Below, piece after piece: positions 9,049 through 22,959 of a DNA stretch of 64,000 nt. Within the stretch, counting starts at the first letter, position 1, and the number at the start of each line of letters is the position of its first letter. Position numbers and translations under genes: made by a program. Source of the stretch: Escherichia coli phage phiS; the sequence record PP449093.1; one strand, 5' to 3'. The notes under the pieces are model-generated. The model searched no databases and had not been told where the DNA came from. It saw only the letters and a list, made by a program, of their open reading frames with translations.

Positions 9049-10635
9049 TTAGCAACCTTTAACCCATACACGACGGAAGTATGCGTTTTTACCTACGCTG
9101 TCTTTGCTCAACATACCGGAGGTGATGCGAGCGGACGGCGCCTGGGATTTGCTGTCAGCAAACGGGTTGATGCCAATGCCATAGCGAGTCTTGAAGCCCA
9201 GAACCGGGTGGAAAGACTGCGGATCAGTTGCACGCAGCGGAGTCAGAGCAACATACGGAGCATAGTAGATACCAGCATCCATTTCGTTGTCACCTTTGTA
9301 ACCTACGGTGAAGTAGTCCTGACGAGCATACTGGTCGATGAATACTTTGTACTTACCAGCCAGAACACCAGCGAAAACAGCTTTAGTGGTGTCGGTATTC
9401 AGACCTTTTGCAGCACCCTGCATAGCAAGACTGATACCCTGATCAGCAGAAGCCAGAATGTTTACAACGTTACGGGAAGCGATAACAAAGTTACCAGCAC
9501 CGCGACCAGTCTGACGAGCGATTTCAGCAGCTTCTTTGTCGATCTGGTAAATCAGAGACTTGAAGGATTCACCAGCCCAACGAGCACCGCGAGTATCAAT
9601 CGGGTCTTGCAGGTCAAATACACCAGCTTTAGAACCAACGGTCTGAGTCATACCAGTCTTACCAACCTGAGCGGTAAAGTTGATCACATCAACGATTTCA
9701 CGGTTGATTTCCAGCAGAACTTCGTTAGCCAGAATAGCATTCAGTTCAGCGTCAGCGTCCATACCGTGAACAGCACGCAGATCCTGCGCAACTTCGATAG
9801 AGTAACGAGCTTTCAGTTGGCGAGATTTCGCTTCAACAACCTGTTTGTCAATACGCATTGACATTTCAGCCCACGGGTTATTCTGAGAACCGTTAAAGCC
9901 TTCCTGAATTTCGGCAATGGAGGTCGCCATACCGAAAGCGATTTCAGCCAGATCGCCTTTTTCGATCAGTTTCATAACCGTTTCGTCTGGGGTTTCTTGA
10001 CCTGCTTTGGTCGGGGTTACTGCCCCTGCGGTAACGTTTTGCAGATATGCAATGCCAGTTTCTGCGAAGGTGTGGTATACAATATCACCTGCGTCAATCT
10101 GAGTACCGATTGCCAGTTGCTTGAATGCAGTACCAGTTGGAGATTCAGTCGTTGCACCTTTAGCAGCAAGAGAGCTATGGAAAGCATCAGGCGCATACAT
10201 CGGGTGGAATGCTTCTTTAGCCTGAGGCGCCAGCGGGTTAGGACCGTATACAGAACGGATTGCAAAGATCTGGCTAGTCGGAGTGCTCATCGGCTGAACG
10301 CCACAAATATCAAATGCGATCAGGTTAGGAATAGCACGGCGAACCATACCGATAACAGCCGGACCTACGTTGGTGATTGCGCCAGTAGTCTGACCAGCCG
10401 CGATGTGAGATGCGTCATAACCGTGGTCGCCAGCAACTTCGGCTTCTGCGATAAAGCCACCAAATGCTTCAACAACTTTTTCATCCTTATAGATCGGGTC
10501 TACAGCAAAATCCGCTTCCTGAGATTCCAGAATTTTAGCAACCAGTTTCTGCTTAGACGCAGTTGCGATTTCCGGCAGTTTTTCGTTCTCCAGCAGCGGG
10601 GACCATTTTTCCATCAGTTCTTTGGTAGTTTTCAT
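9049..10635 (-). CDS. 23: major capsid protein gp23
   Basis: 528 aa; near full-length similarity to T4 gp23 as recalled (RRAIPNLIAFDICGVQPM, GIYYAPYVALTPLR, FRRV.VKG). Confidence 0.95.
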   Translation of the reverse strand: MKTTKELMEKWSPLLENEKLPEIATASKQKLVAKILESQEADFAVDPIYKDEKVVEAFGGFIAEAEVAGDHGYDASHIAAGQTTGAITNVGPAVIGMVRRAIPNLIAFDICGVQPMSTPTSQIFAIRSVYGPNPLAPQAKEAFHPMYAPDAFHSSLAAKGATTESPTGTAFKQLAIGTQIDAGDIVYHTFAETGIAYLQNVTAGAVTPTKAGQETPDETVMKLIEKGDLAEIAFGMATSIAEIQEGFNGSQNNPWAEMSMRIDKQVVEAKSRQLKARYSIEVAQDLRAVHGMDADAELNAILANEVLLEINREIVDVINFTAQVGKTGMTQTVGSKAGVFDLQDPIDTRGARWAGESFKSLIYQIDKEAAEIARQTGRGAGNFVIASRNVVNILASADQGISLAMQGAAKGLNTDTTKAVFAGVLAGKYKVFIDQYARQDYFTVGYKGDNEMDAGIYYAPYVALTPLRATDPQSFHPVLGFKTRYGIGINPFADSKSQAPSARITSGMLSKDSVGKNAYFRRVWVKGC

Positions 10636-10668
10636 GTTCTTTAAACCTTGTTTGTTGTTAACCTAAAG

Positions 10669-10676
10669 TATTTATA
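10669..10676 (-). promoter_or_regulatory. late promoter TATAAATA upstream of gene 23
   Basis: tatttata on plus strand 34 nt upstream of gp23 ATG. Confidence 0.6.
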
Positions 10677-10694
10677 AAGTAGATTTGAATTACA

Positions 10695-11489
10695 TTAGAT
10701 GAAATTCAGGTAGCGGGATACGCCGGAATCTACAGTTGCCTTTTTCTCTGATTCTTCGACAGCTTCTGCAATAACATTCAGCTTGTCGGCATCAGTATTT
10801 AGTGATTCTTCAATCTTCGCTGGTTTGTCTTCTTTCTTAGCCACCATTTCGACAATTGCAGTTAATTTCTTATCGAAAGTTTCGCTATATTCCAGACCTT
10901 CAATCAGCGCGGTTACTTTTTCTTTCTGAGTATCGGAAAGATCACGAGTGCTTTCATTGATCGCTTGTTCGCGCTTCATGTCACGAATTTCGCTTTCAAG
11001 TTGCAGTTTGGCATCAAAGAGTTCAGAGGTTTTTTCTTTTTCTTCTTTGAGTGCTTCGTCAAGTTCAGCAACAACGTCTACAGATTCTTCCGGTACTACA
11101 ACATTGTGAGTAACGAAAACATCTTTCAGAGAACCAATCAGGGATTCGCACAGATCCGCTTTAATATTACGGGTGACGGCTTCTTTATTTTCTGCCAGCC
11201 ATTTAGCGCCTAAGTGATTCAGGAATTTATCTGCATCTTCGTACAGTTTGGTTTCAATCTCGGTGCGTGCTTCTTCGACCTTTGATTCTACCAGTTCATC
11301 GGCTTTAGCGGCGATTTTTTCAAGGTGGCTTTCTGCCAGTGCAACAGCATTAGCTTTTACCGCCTGAGCGTAGATAGTACCAAAATTTTCTTTTACTTCC
11401 GGCGACAGTTCGACGGATTCAAACAGGTCATCGAGAGCAACGTCTACGGTGATCTGTTTTGCTTCTTCGAGCAGCATTTCTTTAAGCAT
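10695..11489 (-). CDS. 22: prohead scaffold protein gp22
   Basis: 264 aa, highly charged coiled-coil protein between genes 21 and 23. Confidence 0.8.
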   Translation of the reverse strand: MLKEMLLEEAKQITVDVALDDLFESVELSPEVKENFGTIYAQAVKANAVALAESHLEKIAAKADELVESKVEEARTEIETKLYEDADKFLNHLGAKWLAENKEAVTRNIKADLCESLIGSLKDVFVTHNVVVPEESVDVVAELDEALKEEKEKTSELFDAKLQLESEIRDMKREQAINESTRDLSDTQKEKVTALIEGLEYSETFDKKLTAIVEMVAKKEDKPAKIEESLNTDADKLNVIAEAVEESEKKATVDSGVSRYLNFI

Positions 11490-11520
11490 GGTTATAACCT
11501 TCTTGTTGATAACGACGTTA

Positions 11521-12216
11521 TTATTTATAGCGTTTAGATAACGCTTCTGCGAGCGCCATAAACGCGCTATTATTCGATTCTACGATGTTTTGTTGTGAGG
11601 CTGTAGGGTTAGTCACTTTTTCGGTTTTATCGCTTTCTGGTGCGTCTGACGCGCTAGAATCGCTATCCGTTGACTCAACCACCGGAGTTACCCACGCATC
11701 CGGTGCGCTCGGACCCCAAACAACATCAACACCAACCGTCAACACAAAACCTTCCTGTACAATATTGTATCCGCGACCAGAGTCTTTCAACCGACCCAAC
11801 CCACGGGAGGAAACGCCAGGAATCCAGCCAGCGCGAATCAGTGCAGCAAGTTTATCACCTGCGCCTTTATCCCCTTCAATAACACGGGCTTTACCCATCA
11901 CGTTATTACCTTCCCACCATAATTTTTCAATTATGATGCAAGCATTAGATGGATCTGGCATTGCTCTTGCTGGGTGATTAAGTTCGCCTAGAGCTTGATG
12001 TGTCTCAACTTGTTCATGTATGTATTTAGTAACCGCATTTTCTAGAACACTGCGAGGATACCAGCGTTTATTACGGTTTACCGTTTCGGCTTGCAGGAAA
12101 ATCCCTTGAATATAGAGATTTCCTGTAGCCTTATCATCAAATGATTCAAGCAATGACGAACTACCGCGAGCACAAGGAACGCCCCATTGTTCGATCAGTA
12201 ATTCGTTCTTTTCCAT
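11521..12216 (-). CDS. 21: prohead core protease gp21
   Basis: 231 aa; position and size match T4 gp21. Confidence 0.8.
   Translation of the reverse strand: MEKNELLIEQWGVPCARGSSSLLESFDDKATGNLYIQGIFLQAETVNRNKRWYPRSVLENAVTKYIHEQVETHQALGELNHPARAMPDPSNACIIIEKLWWEGNNVMGKARVIEGDKGAGDKLAALIRAGWIPGVSSRGLGRLKDSGRGYNIVQEGFVLTVGVDVVWGPSAPDAWVTPVVESTDSDSSASDAPESDKTEKVTNPTASQQNIVESNNSAFMALAEALSKRYK
11522..11529 (-). promoter_or_regulatory. late promoter TATAAATA upstream of gene 22 (overlaps gene 21 stop)
   Basis: tatttata on plus strand, 33 nt upstream of gp22 ATG. Confidence 0.5.
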
Positions 12217-12227
12217 GTTGTTTCCTG

Positions 12228-12635
12228 TTATAATCCTAACGCCTTACGTTTACGCATTGCTTTTTTGCGCTTACGTTCCGCATGACGTTCGATAGATGGA
12301 TTTGCACGTTTGGTTTTTGCAGCACGACGGGCAATTTGACGGCGTTTAGCTTTGCTTAGGCCAGTAGTCATGTAAGCATTACGCTCACGGGTTTTGCGAT
12401 CTTTCTTACGTTCAACTTCCCCGCGTGCGTTTACATGTTTAACCATTGCTTCATTTACAGTAATTCCGTCGATGATAGACAGCATTGCTACCGCCAGTTC
12501 AGGCTCATCCTCGGAGATACCTTCAACGATTTTCAATAGTTCTTCTGACTCAAACATAGCCAACATGTCCAATTTTTCCTGTGCTTCCGGCAGAAAAGTT
12601 TCTAAGTCAGCTTTAGGAGTAAAATCTTTAATCAT
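12228..12635 (-). CDS. 68: prohead core protein gp68
   Basis: 135 aa with basic C-terminus; synteny. Confidence 0.6.
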   Translation of the reverse strand: MIKDFTPKADLETFLPEAQEKLDMLAMFESEELLKIVEGISEDEPELAVAMLSIIDGITVNEAMVKHVNARGEVERKKDRKTRERNAYMTTGLSKAKRRQIARRAAKTKRANPSIERHAERKRKKAMRKRKALGL

Positions 12636-12647
12636 GTTGGCTTCCTA

Positions 12648-12890
12648 TTATTCGTCGTCTTCTTTGTCTTTTTTATCGTCTTTGCGATCTTCGTCTTCGT
12701 CGTCCTCATCTTCCATATCTTCTTCATCATCGCGGTCTTTTTCTTCTTCACCTTCGATCATGATACTGGATGCGATTTCGACACGCTGGGATTCGATGAT
12801 CTGGGCTTTTTTAGCCTCCATGATCTTATCAAATTCTTTTTCGATCAGCGTTAGATCGCGAGTTTTAATTGCTTCGATAAATTGTTTCAT
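12648..12890 (-). CDS. 67: prohead core protein gp67
   Basis: 80 aa with poly-acidic C-terminal tail as in T4 gp67 (IEAIK, IEGEE). Confidence 0.65.
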   Translation of the reverse strand: MKQFIEAIKTRDLTLIEKEFDKIMEAKKAQIIESQRVEIASSIMIEGEEEKDRDDEEDMEDEDDEDEDRKDDKKDKEDDE

Positions 12891-14456
12891 TTAAAAATCC
12901 TCTATTTCATCGGGAGTTTGTTTAAAGCGCGGATCGTTCGCTTCTTCTTCGATCTGTTTCTTCTCGGTGTCCATCTGGTCATCGGTATATTTCAGAATGT
13001 CACGCATCACTGTCTGGTTAGAGAAATATTTACCAATGTAAGGTGTAATACGTTCGATTAGACCGATTCGACGTTCTAAAATTTCCGCGTCTTTAACTTC
13101 TGTATAGTAAGAGTCCCGATGGAAAACCACCTTGATATTATTTATTTCACGATCCCAATCGTCTTCCGTAATTACATTTTTGAGAATCAGATTATATTTC
13201 AGAGGATCGCGCAATACTTCCGAAAACTGTGATTGCAGAGTTCTAATGAATTTCGAAAATTCCAACTCATCGCGAGTAATTTCTGAACCGTCACCACCGA
13301 TCACCATATTAGCATCGGAGAGATTACTACGTGACAATGGCACACGCAACGCTTCATACAACTTACGGTTAAAGTAGCGAATATCATCGATATCACTCAT
13401 ACCGGATGCACCGGGTAAAGTAGTAACGTCGGTGATTGCTTTACCATCTCGACGCTGTAACCAGTAGTCCTCTGTCATTGATAGATTTGCTTGCTGGTTT
13501 TTAAGTTTACCAGTCGATGCATCATAAACAACGCGGTTTTTAAAAGACTGTGCCACTGAGTTCATGTGCTGTGCAGCCTTGCGGTTGTTCATGTTTCCGG
13601 TATCAATAAAGAACACTCGGCGTTCCGGTGCACGCGTGATACGATAAACGACCATTGCGTCTTCCAACAATTTAAGCTGGTTTGCTGGCTTAACCGCCCG
13701 ATGCAAATAACCAATGATATATTTATCATCGCAATCCATCAAGCCGCTGTGAGCGTATGTAATAGCACTACGCGGGATTTTAACGCGACTATTAGGAGAG
13801 AATACTTGACCACCTGCGCAATAAGAGCTATTACCTACAGTGTAGATGAAATATTCTTTCGTTGCTTTATAAATTTTACCTTCCGGTGTGTCTTCTGTAA
13901 TGATCTCTCGAACGTATTCAAGATTTCGTGGATCAAGCTGGCGTAATTCTACGATACCATCTTTTGGATTTTTGCCGATGATTTTATGGAAGAAAATACG
14001 AGAATCGACATACCAGCGACGGAACATATCCTGACCACGCTTATCAAACTGGATAGTGTTTAAAAGATCTTTAAATTCTTCATGAATGCGCTCTTTTACA
14101 GATTCACTAAAGCCAGTCGCCTCAAGATTTAATGAAACAACGTCATGACCGTCTTCGAATACAATAGCATCGTTAACGATATTTTGTACAGCGTTTTCGA
14201 CTTCATGGTTATTCATCAAACCGCGATATGTGTTAACTAATTGCTTAGTTGTACTGATTTTCTGGTCGGTGCTGTAAAATTGCTGGGTAAGAGAGTTCCA
14301 CGCGCTAGCAGGTGAATTATCATTAATTTCTACTTCCGTAGCACCATCATTGTTTTTAGGTGCGGCGATAGACTCTGCTTTATCTTTAATTTGTTCTTCG
14401 TATTTGTCGTTGTCAAAATCAGCCCAACGCGCAAGCATTTTTAATCTACTAAACAT
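12891..14456 (-). CDS. 20: portal vertex protein gp20
   Basis: 521 aa, ATGA overlap with gene 67; size and synteny match T4 gp20. Confidence 0.9.
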   Translation of the reverse strand: MFSRLKMLARWADFDNDKYEEQIKDKAESIAAPKNNDGATEVEINDNSPASAWNSLTQQFYSTDQKISTTKQLVNTYRGLMNNHEVENAVQNIVNDAIVFEDGHDVVSLNLEATGFSESVKERIHEEFKDLLNTIQFDKRGQDMFRRWYVDSRIFFHKIIGKNPKDGIVELRQLDPRNLEYVREIITEDTPEGKIYKATKEYFIYTVGNSSYCAGGQVFSPNSRVKIPRSAITYAHSGLMDCDDKYIIGYLHRAVKPANQLKLLEDAMVVYRITRAPERRVFFIDTGNMNNRKAAQHMNSVAQSFKNRVVYDASTGKLKNQQANLSMTEDYWLQRRDGKAITDVTTLPGASGMSDIDDIRYFNRKLYEALRVPLSRSNLSDANMVIGGDGSEITRDELEFSKFIRTLQSQFSEVLRDPLKYNLILKNVITEDDWDREINNIKVVFHRDSYYTEVKDAEILERRIGLIERITPYIGKYFSNQTVMRDILKYTDDQMDTEKKQIEEEANDPRFKQTPDEIEDF

Positions 14457-14471
14457 TATTCACCTCGAATT

Positions 14472-14502
14472 GGGAGAAATTAAGCGGGGAACTTCTCCCC
14501 GC
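14472..14502 (-). other. intercistronic G-rich stem-loop (GCGGGGA...TCCCCGC with alternative GGGAGAA pairing)
   Basis: Inverted repeat between genes 19 and 20 with two mutually exclusive pairings. Confidence 0.4.
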
Positions 14503-14514
14503 ATGATAATATAT

Positions 14515-15009
14515 TTATTCTACCCAATCGATAGCAAAAGTAACTTCAAACGTTTCAACTTCGTTGTTTTGTTCCCAATCGAGGGTTACTTCACCAACGT
14601 TGGTCGGGAAAATACCGTACAATGTTTTTTCGCTAGTTGATTCGGTGTTACGGTTAAGTTGACGAACAATAGCTTGTTTCTTATATTGTGCAGGAGTTGC
14701 ACCAGTGATCGCCGAACCTGTGCCATGTGTCTGATCGCTCCATGCAACGATAGCATCACGGATCTTGTGTGCGTCATCGTTGAATACAGTGATGGTCCAG
14801 TCGTCGTATACACGGTCGCCAGCGATGTTAATTTTACGGTTTTGATAGCCTACAGCAATTTTTTCTACGGTTGCGGCCGGGACAGTCGCAGCCTTACACA
14901 TCAGCTTAAAGTTTTGCCCCAGATACGGGATCTCAACTTCAAACAGGTTAGGACGAGCAAAATCGCCAGACTCGAAACCGCGTGTAATATCATTCAAATC
15001 GAGTGCCAT
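14515..15009 (-). CDS. 19: tail tube protein gp19
   Basis: 164 aa; size and synteny with T4 gp19. Confidence 0.85.
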   Translation of the reverse strand: MALDLNDITRGFESGDFARPNLFEVEIPYLGQNFKLMCKAATVPAATVEKIAVGYQNRKINIAGDRVYDDWTITVFNDDAHKIRDAIVAWSDQTHGTGSAITGATPAQYKKQAIVRQLNRNTESTSEKTLYGIFPTNVGEVTLDWEQNNEVETFEVTFAIDWVE

Positions 15010-15028
15010 AATTGATATTCCTTAATAG

Positions 15029-15049
15029 AGCGGGGATTTTCTCCCCGCT
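15029..15049 (-). other. intercistronic G-rich stem-loop (AGCGGGGA...TCCCCGCT)
   Basis: 8-bp inverted repeat between HNH gene stop and gene 19 start. Confidence 0.4.
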
Positions 15050-15052
15050 TGA

Positions 15053-15613
15053 TTAATCTAATAATTCCCAGACGTCAATACTATTTTTAGTGTATTTCTG
15101 TCTATTGTTTTCCCATGTGATTATTTCTAAATTCTTTATGCCGCCTATGATATGCGGCGGGATGTGATTATCAAATCCATAACGTATAGAAACTTTATGG
15201 TCTAGTTGATATGCACCTTTTTTACCACACATTCCTAACTTATCGGCATTTTCCCATTTAGACCATATTGGCTTATGTTTTCGTGTCTCTGAATAAACAC
15301 GGGCTTTATATTCCGCCAATTTATCCTTATCAGTTTTCCATCTTGGGTGATTTTCACCGCTAACGTGAGGGCGATGTGTGTTTTTTGTTTTTAACCCAGA
15401 TTTGCGAGATGCATCTTTCTTTGCACAAGAATAACATAAATGAATATCCCTTTTCATTAAAATTTGAAACTGTCTTTCAAATTTAGACCCGCATTCATCG
15501 CAAATACAATTTACTTTTTTATTACTATTGATCGGTAGATTTTCTACAGGAACTTCAATAATAGAAAATGGTTTAACTTCATATCCTAAATGCTCTGTCC
15601 ATCTTTTAGACAT
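15053..15613 (-). CDS. HNH homing endonuclease inserted between genes 18 and 19
   Basis: Cys-pair zinc motifs (CICDECG, CYSC) and HNH core (QLDHKVSIRYGFDNH, WENN); ATG at 15613 (M49 of track ORF); track start 15757 is TTG overlapping gene 18. Confidence 0.7.
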   Translation of the reverse strand: MSKRWTEHLGYEVKPFSIIEVPVENLPINSNKKVNCICDECGSKFERQFQILMKRDIHLCYSCAKKDASRKSGLKTKNTHRPHVSGENHPRWKTDKDKLAEYKARVYSETRKHKPIWSKWENADKLGMCGKKGAYQLDHKVSIRYGFDNHIPPHIIGGIKNLEIITWENNRQKYTKNSIDVWELLD

Positions 15614-15672
15614 TGCTCTTACATTTATAAAGACCGGTTTAGTAGTAATCACATGGGAATCCTCGCTTGTTA

Positions 15673-15692
15673 ATGGGGGGAGTTGACCTCCC
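15673..15692 (-). other. intercistronic G-rich stem-loop (GGGGGAG...CTCCCCC)
   Basis: 7-bp inverted repeat between gene 18 stop and HNH gene. Confidence 0.4.
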
Positions 15693-15704
15693 CCTTCATT
15701 AATG

Positions 15705-17705
15705 TTATGCTTGGTTGGGTGGACCGATAATTTCGTCAAAATCAGCACCAGTTGCAACAGCCGTGAAGTTCAATAGAATGTAGTTAATCGATTTTGCTGG
15801 TTTGATGAACATACTGGCAACAAATTCGTTACGATCAATTACATCCGGCGTGTTATTCGTGGTGTCGCATTGTACTCGGAAGTCATAAATGCCGCCCAGA
15901 GAGCGAATCGTGCTGAGATATTGCGAAACCTCCATACGGAAGGAAGCGCGAGTAAAGTTATCGTTGTTTTCAAACAGTTTGTATTTGCTTGAATCGCCGA
16001 TATTCTTTTTCAGCATGTTAAACAGACGACGAACGTTAATGCGGTCAAACGGGCTAGGAACAGTCGTAGCGGTTTTATCACCCATCAGGATAAACCCTTC
16101 ACCACCAGCACCGATCACCGGGTTAATTGCGGACTGATACAGACGATCGCGGTGCGCTTTGCGAGGCTCAATTGCCAGTTTAACCACGTTCATGATCTGA
16201 CCACGGTTATAACCTGCCGGACTCATCCACGGCTGGGATACAGCATCAGTACGAGCGCACAGACCAGCAATATCAGCAGCCAACGGAACCCAACGGTTTA
16301 CGTCGTTGTATTTGTCATACTGATATTTGTAGTTACCATCAATAACCGCGTAAGTGGTATTAATGTTCATGTTGTTTTCATTATAGTTTCCTGAACCTTC
16401 GCGCCATGCAATCAGGTTATCAATTGCGGTAGTCACCGGAATATTAACAACAGTGCTACGCGGCGGAGAAACCATTACTAAGCAATCCTGACGCTCATCA
16501 CCGATGGAAACAGCATGTTTCTGTACGGTAGAGAACGCATCGCCTTCGCCAGCACATGCACCAGCGATCAACAGGTTTACGTGAATAGATTCACGTTCAG
16601 CAAACAGATCCCAACCTTGCATCATCGCACCGATGAACGGATCAGCACCAACTCCACCAGTCGTTGCTTCGTTAGCAGAAACACCACCAGCAAGAGAGAT
16701 AATACCACTGAAACCATCTACCCACCCTTGAGCGGTTGCATAGATGTACTGGCTAGAACCACGAGCAAAGAAGTCGTCCATGTAGATAGAATTGCCGTAT
16801 ACGTCTTTATCCCCTTTCAGAGTAGACAGTACATAGGATTCTACCACAACACCATCGCGACGAACAATAAATGCATATTGATTATCATTCTGCGGTGCAT
16901 ATGGAATCAGGTTGCGTGCTGCGGTGCGCTCGCCACCATAAGGATACATGGTCAGATCCGGTGCAGTATTCTTAAACGCACTACGTGCCAGAATTTCAAC
17001 TTCCAGAGAGTTACCAATCTCACCAGCATAGATCGCGCTTACCGCTGGCATGTCATATTTCTTGAGTTTAGTCAAGAAAGTTTGACTTGTGATATTGGCA
17101 CGGGAAGTTTCCAGATCCGTTAAGAGAAGACCGGAATCGGTAACAATTTTAGTTACTGACAGCGCCGCACTACCGTTACCTGACGAAGAAGTGAACTCTG
17201 CCGTCCAACCTCCATCAAGTTCTGGATATACACCGATTGCTTTAGCGTGAGCGATAATTTTACCAGTTGGGATAAATACGCCCTTAACTTTACCATCACC
17301 ATCAACTTTAGTTACTTTACCTGCCGTTTCAATCTCTTGACGGTTATGTTTAATCTTGATGGTATCGCCTACTTTATAGTTTGAACCTTCGTTTGTGATT
17401 TCAAACTCTACGTTACCAGCTAGGGCAGTTGCGTTTTTTGCTTTTTCTTTATTGAGTACACGAACAACACGCAGGTCATTGCCATACTGGAGGAAGTTAG
17501 CCCCGCTCATGAAATAGTCTGCGGTGTTATTATCCGGCTGACCAAATTTATTAACTAATTCAACTTCATTAGTTACTTGAATAATCTGGAAAGCTGGACC
17601 CCATTGGAATTTACCCACCAGTGCCGCGCGACCAGTCGCAGATTGCACAATGGTAGTGGAGAGAGTAGTTTCTTTCGTTTCGAAACCCGGTGATAATAGA
17701 GTCAT
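15705..17705 (-). CDS. 18: tail sheath protein gp18
   Basis: 666 aa; N-terminus MTLLSPG and overall similarity to T4 gp18. Confidence 0.95.
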   Translation of the reverse strand: MTLLSPGFETKETTLSTTIVQSATGRAALVGKFQWGPAFQIIQVTNEVELVNKFGQPDNNTADYFMSGANFLQYGNDLRVVRVLNKEKAKNATALAGNVEFEITNEGSNYKVGDTIKIKHNRQEIETAGKVTKVDGDGKVKGVFIPTGKIIAHAKAIGVYPELDGGWTAEFTSSSGNGSAALSVTKIVTDSGLLLTDLETSRANITSQTFLTKLKKYDMPAVSAIYAGEIGNSLEVEILARSAFKNTAPDLTMYPYGGERTAARNLIPYAPQNDNQYAFIVRRDGVVVESYVLSTLKGDKDVYGNSIYMDDFFARGSSQYIYATAQGWVDGFSGIISLAGGVSANEATTGGVGADPFIGAMMQGWDLFAERESIHVNLLIAGACAGEGDAFSTVQKHAVSIGDERQDCLVMVSPPRSTVVNIPVTTAIDNLIAWREGSGNYNENNMNINTTYAVIDGNYKYQYDKYNDVNRWVPLAADIAGLCARTDAVSQPWMSPAGYNRGQIMNVVKLAIEPRKAHRDRLYQSAINPVIGAGGEGFILMGDKTATTVPSPFDRINVRRLFNMLKKNIGDSSKYKLFENNDNFTRASFRMEVSQYLSTIRSLGGIYDFRVQCDTTNNTPDVIDRNEFVASMFIKPAKSINYILLNFTAVATGADFDEIIGPPNQA

Positions 17706-17736
17706 TAGAATTTCCTCATCTTTTTATGCATTATCG

Positions 17737-21345
<3,609 letters not shown>

Positions 21346-21358
21346 AATAAATTACCTC

Positions 21359-22222
21359 TTAAAATTCTCTTACAATACGTGGACCCGGTGGAGTCGGTGC
21401 AACTGGTATTGGAATATCACTAGAATATGATTCTTTGATAGTTCCGTCCCATTCTTCTTGCTCGACGTCACGTTTAACGACCTCGTGATCCACAGATTCA
21501 AAATTACCGCTAGGATTTAATTCACGAGAATTAGCATGAAAATCAAGATAAATCGTTCTGATTTCCCCCTTAACGTCGGTAGCTGGAGGATAGATAAACC
21601 CGATGAACTCAAACATAATGGTCCACTCAAGACGACGACGAGAAAACTTATCTTCGCCTACCTGTTCATCTGGAGTAATAGAACTAATTGTGACCTGAAT
21701 ATCTCGATCAATCCATACATCATTACCGTGTAGTTCTTTAATCTTACAGTTAAAATGAGGCTGGAAGTAAGGAAGAATCTGTTCAATTATCTGAAACATA
21801 TCATCTTCGTTACGTGTATAAATCCCCAGCTCGAAGGTAAACTTATATGGTACAGGATTATATTGTGTCACACTCCTGATACCATCAGCCGTATATTTTG
21901 GTACTGTCTTATTTGCAATATTTGTTTTAAAGTTCTGGGCGTATGTCATATCAATCAAAGAAAGACACATACGAGGTAAAATAGTTTCTACCTTTGCTAC
22001 GTCTTCCTCGCTTAAGATATTGTTATATTTGTCCAGACTCATCATGAATTTTTCTTTCTTTGCGTAGGTGATAGGAACTTTAATAAAACGCTCACCGTCA
22101 CTACGCACCCTTTTAATTTGTACGCCGGAGAATAAATTACCCAGCAATACAATATATCTTCTAATTGACGAATTATAGTGCCAACCGAACATTTGACCCC
22201 CTTGTTTATGAGTATTTATCAA
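21359..22222 (-). CDS. 15: tail sheath stabilizer / tail completion protein gp15
   Basis: 287 aa; size and synteny. Confidence 0.8.
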   Translation of the reverse strand: MINTHKQGGQMFGWHYNSSIRRYIVLLGNLFSGVQIKRVRSDGERFIKVPITYAKKEKFMMSLDKYNNILSEEDVAKVETILPRMCLSLIDMTYAQNFKTNIANKTVPKYTADGIRSVTQYNPVPYKFTFELGIYTRNEDDMFQIIEQILPYFQPHFNCKIKELHGNDVWIDRDIQVTISSITPDEQVGEDKFSRRRLEWTIMFEFIGFIYPPATDVKGEIRTIYLDFHANSRELNPSGNFESVDHEVVKRDVEQEEWDGTIKESYSSDIPIPVAPTPPGPRIVREF

Positions 22223-22959
22223 AAATTAGCAAAAGGTGAACCAGTGCCATTAATAGGATCAAACGGGTCAATAAAATCTTGTCCTTCGCTTCTGAATTGC
22301 TTATCTTCTTTGTACTGATCTAAGTTGATATCTGTTAACCCGTCCAGATTAGTGATCGGTGCAAGGTCCAGATCCGCAAACTCATCAACATTAATTCCCT
22401 CATTGCGTTGTAATTCTGGTCGCAATTCCTCACCGCTATACACGAATTTCTCTGCAATAATTTTACGCATGGCATTTTTGCCAGCCTGAAAAAACGGCTG
22501 ATATGGCTCTACATATGAGATTTCAAATAAATCATTGCTCATAGGAATGTAAAACAAATCACCGGATTTAGGCTCTTGGTTATCTACTTGATGTTTAAAT
22601 AAATTTGGATTTATAGTTATGGTTAACTCATCATTAGCGGTATAACCGAAAGATTGAAAGAAATTGCCAGCACCCTCATACCCATCGAAAGAATTTATGT
22701 ATGCTGCAAACTTCCACGCCTTAGTGAATTTGCTTTGCACGTCCTCCCCAAATATCATATCAGGTTTCACAAATTCTCTCGGTATGTAGTACATCTCGAC
22801 GCCGCGCATTTGTATAGACTCGGCAACCATAATATCGGCTAGAGTTTGTGTATTTGTATGTGAATTGAAATTCACATAAGGATTGAGAATTTCTGTTTGT
22901 CTAGTGTTCTCATAATCCTTCTGTGACTCCAATCTGGCAAATAATGTAGAGTCAAACAT
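22219..22959 (-). CDS. 14: neck protein gp14
   Basis: 246 aa; size and synteny. Confidence 0.8.
   Translation of the reverse strand: MFDSTLFARLESQKDYENTRQTEILNPYVNFNSHTNTQTLADIMVAESIQMRGVEMYYIPREFVKPDMIFGEDVQSKFTKAWKFAAYINSFDGYEGAGNFFQSFGYTANDELTITINPNLFKHQVDNQEPKSGDLFYIPMSNDLFEISYVEPYQPFFQAGKNAMRKIIAEKFVYSGEELRPELQRNEGINVDEFADLDLAPITNLDGLTDINLDQYKEDKQFRSEGQDFIDPFDPINGTGSPFANF

Noticed and set aside
9997-10644. Plus-strand ORFs inside gene 23 (9997..10644 and 8965..9861)
   Set aside because: Antisense to a highly conserved major capsid gene, Cys/Ser/Thr-rich low-complexity translations, no RBS; typical shadow ORFs.
12394-12894. Ser-rich 166-aa plus-strand ORF opposite genes 67/68
   Set aside because: Mirror image of the poly-acidic (GAA/GAT-rich) gp67 tail; poly-Ser results from reading GA-rich codons on the other strand.
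15614-15757. N-terminal 48-codon extension of the HNH gene (TTG start overlapping gene 18)
   Set aside because: Extension contains the G-rich intercistronic hairpin; the in-frame ATG at 15613 is the more plausible start.
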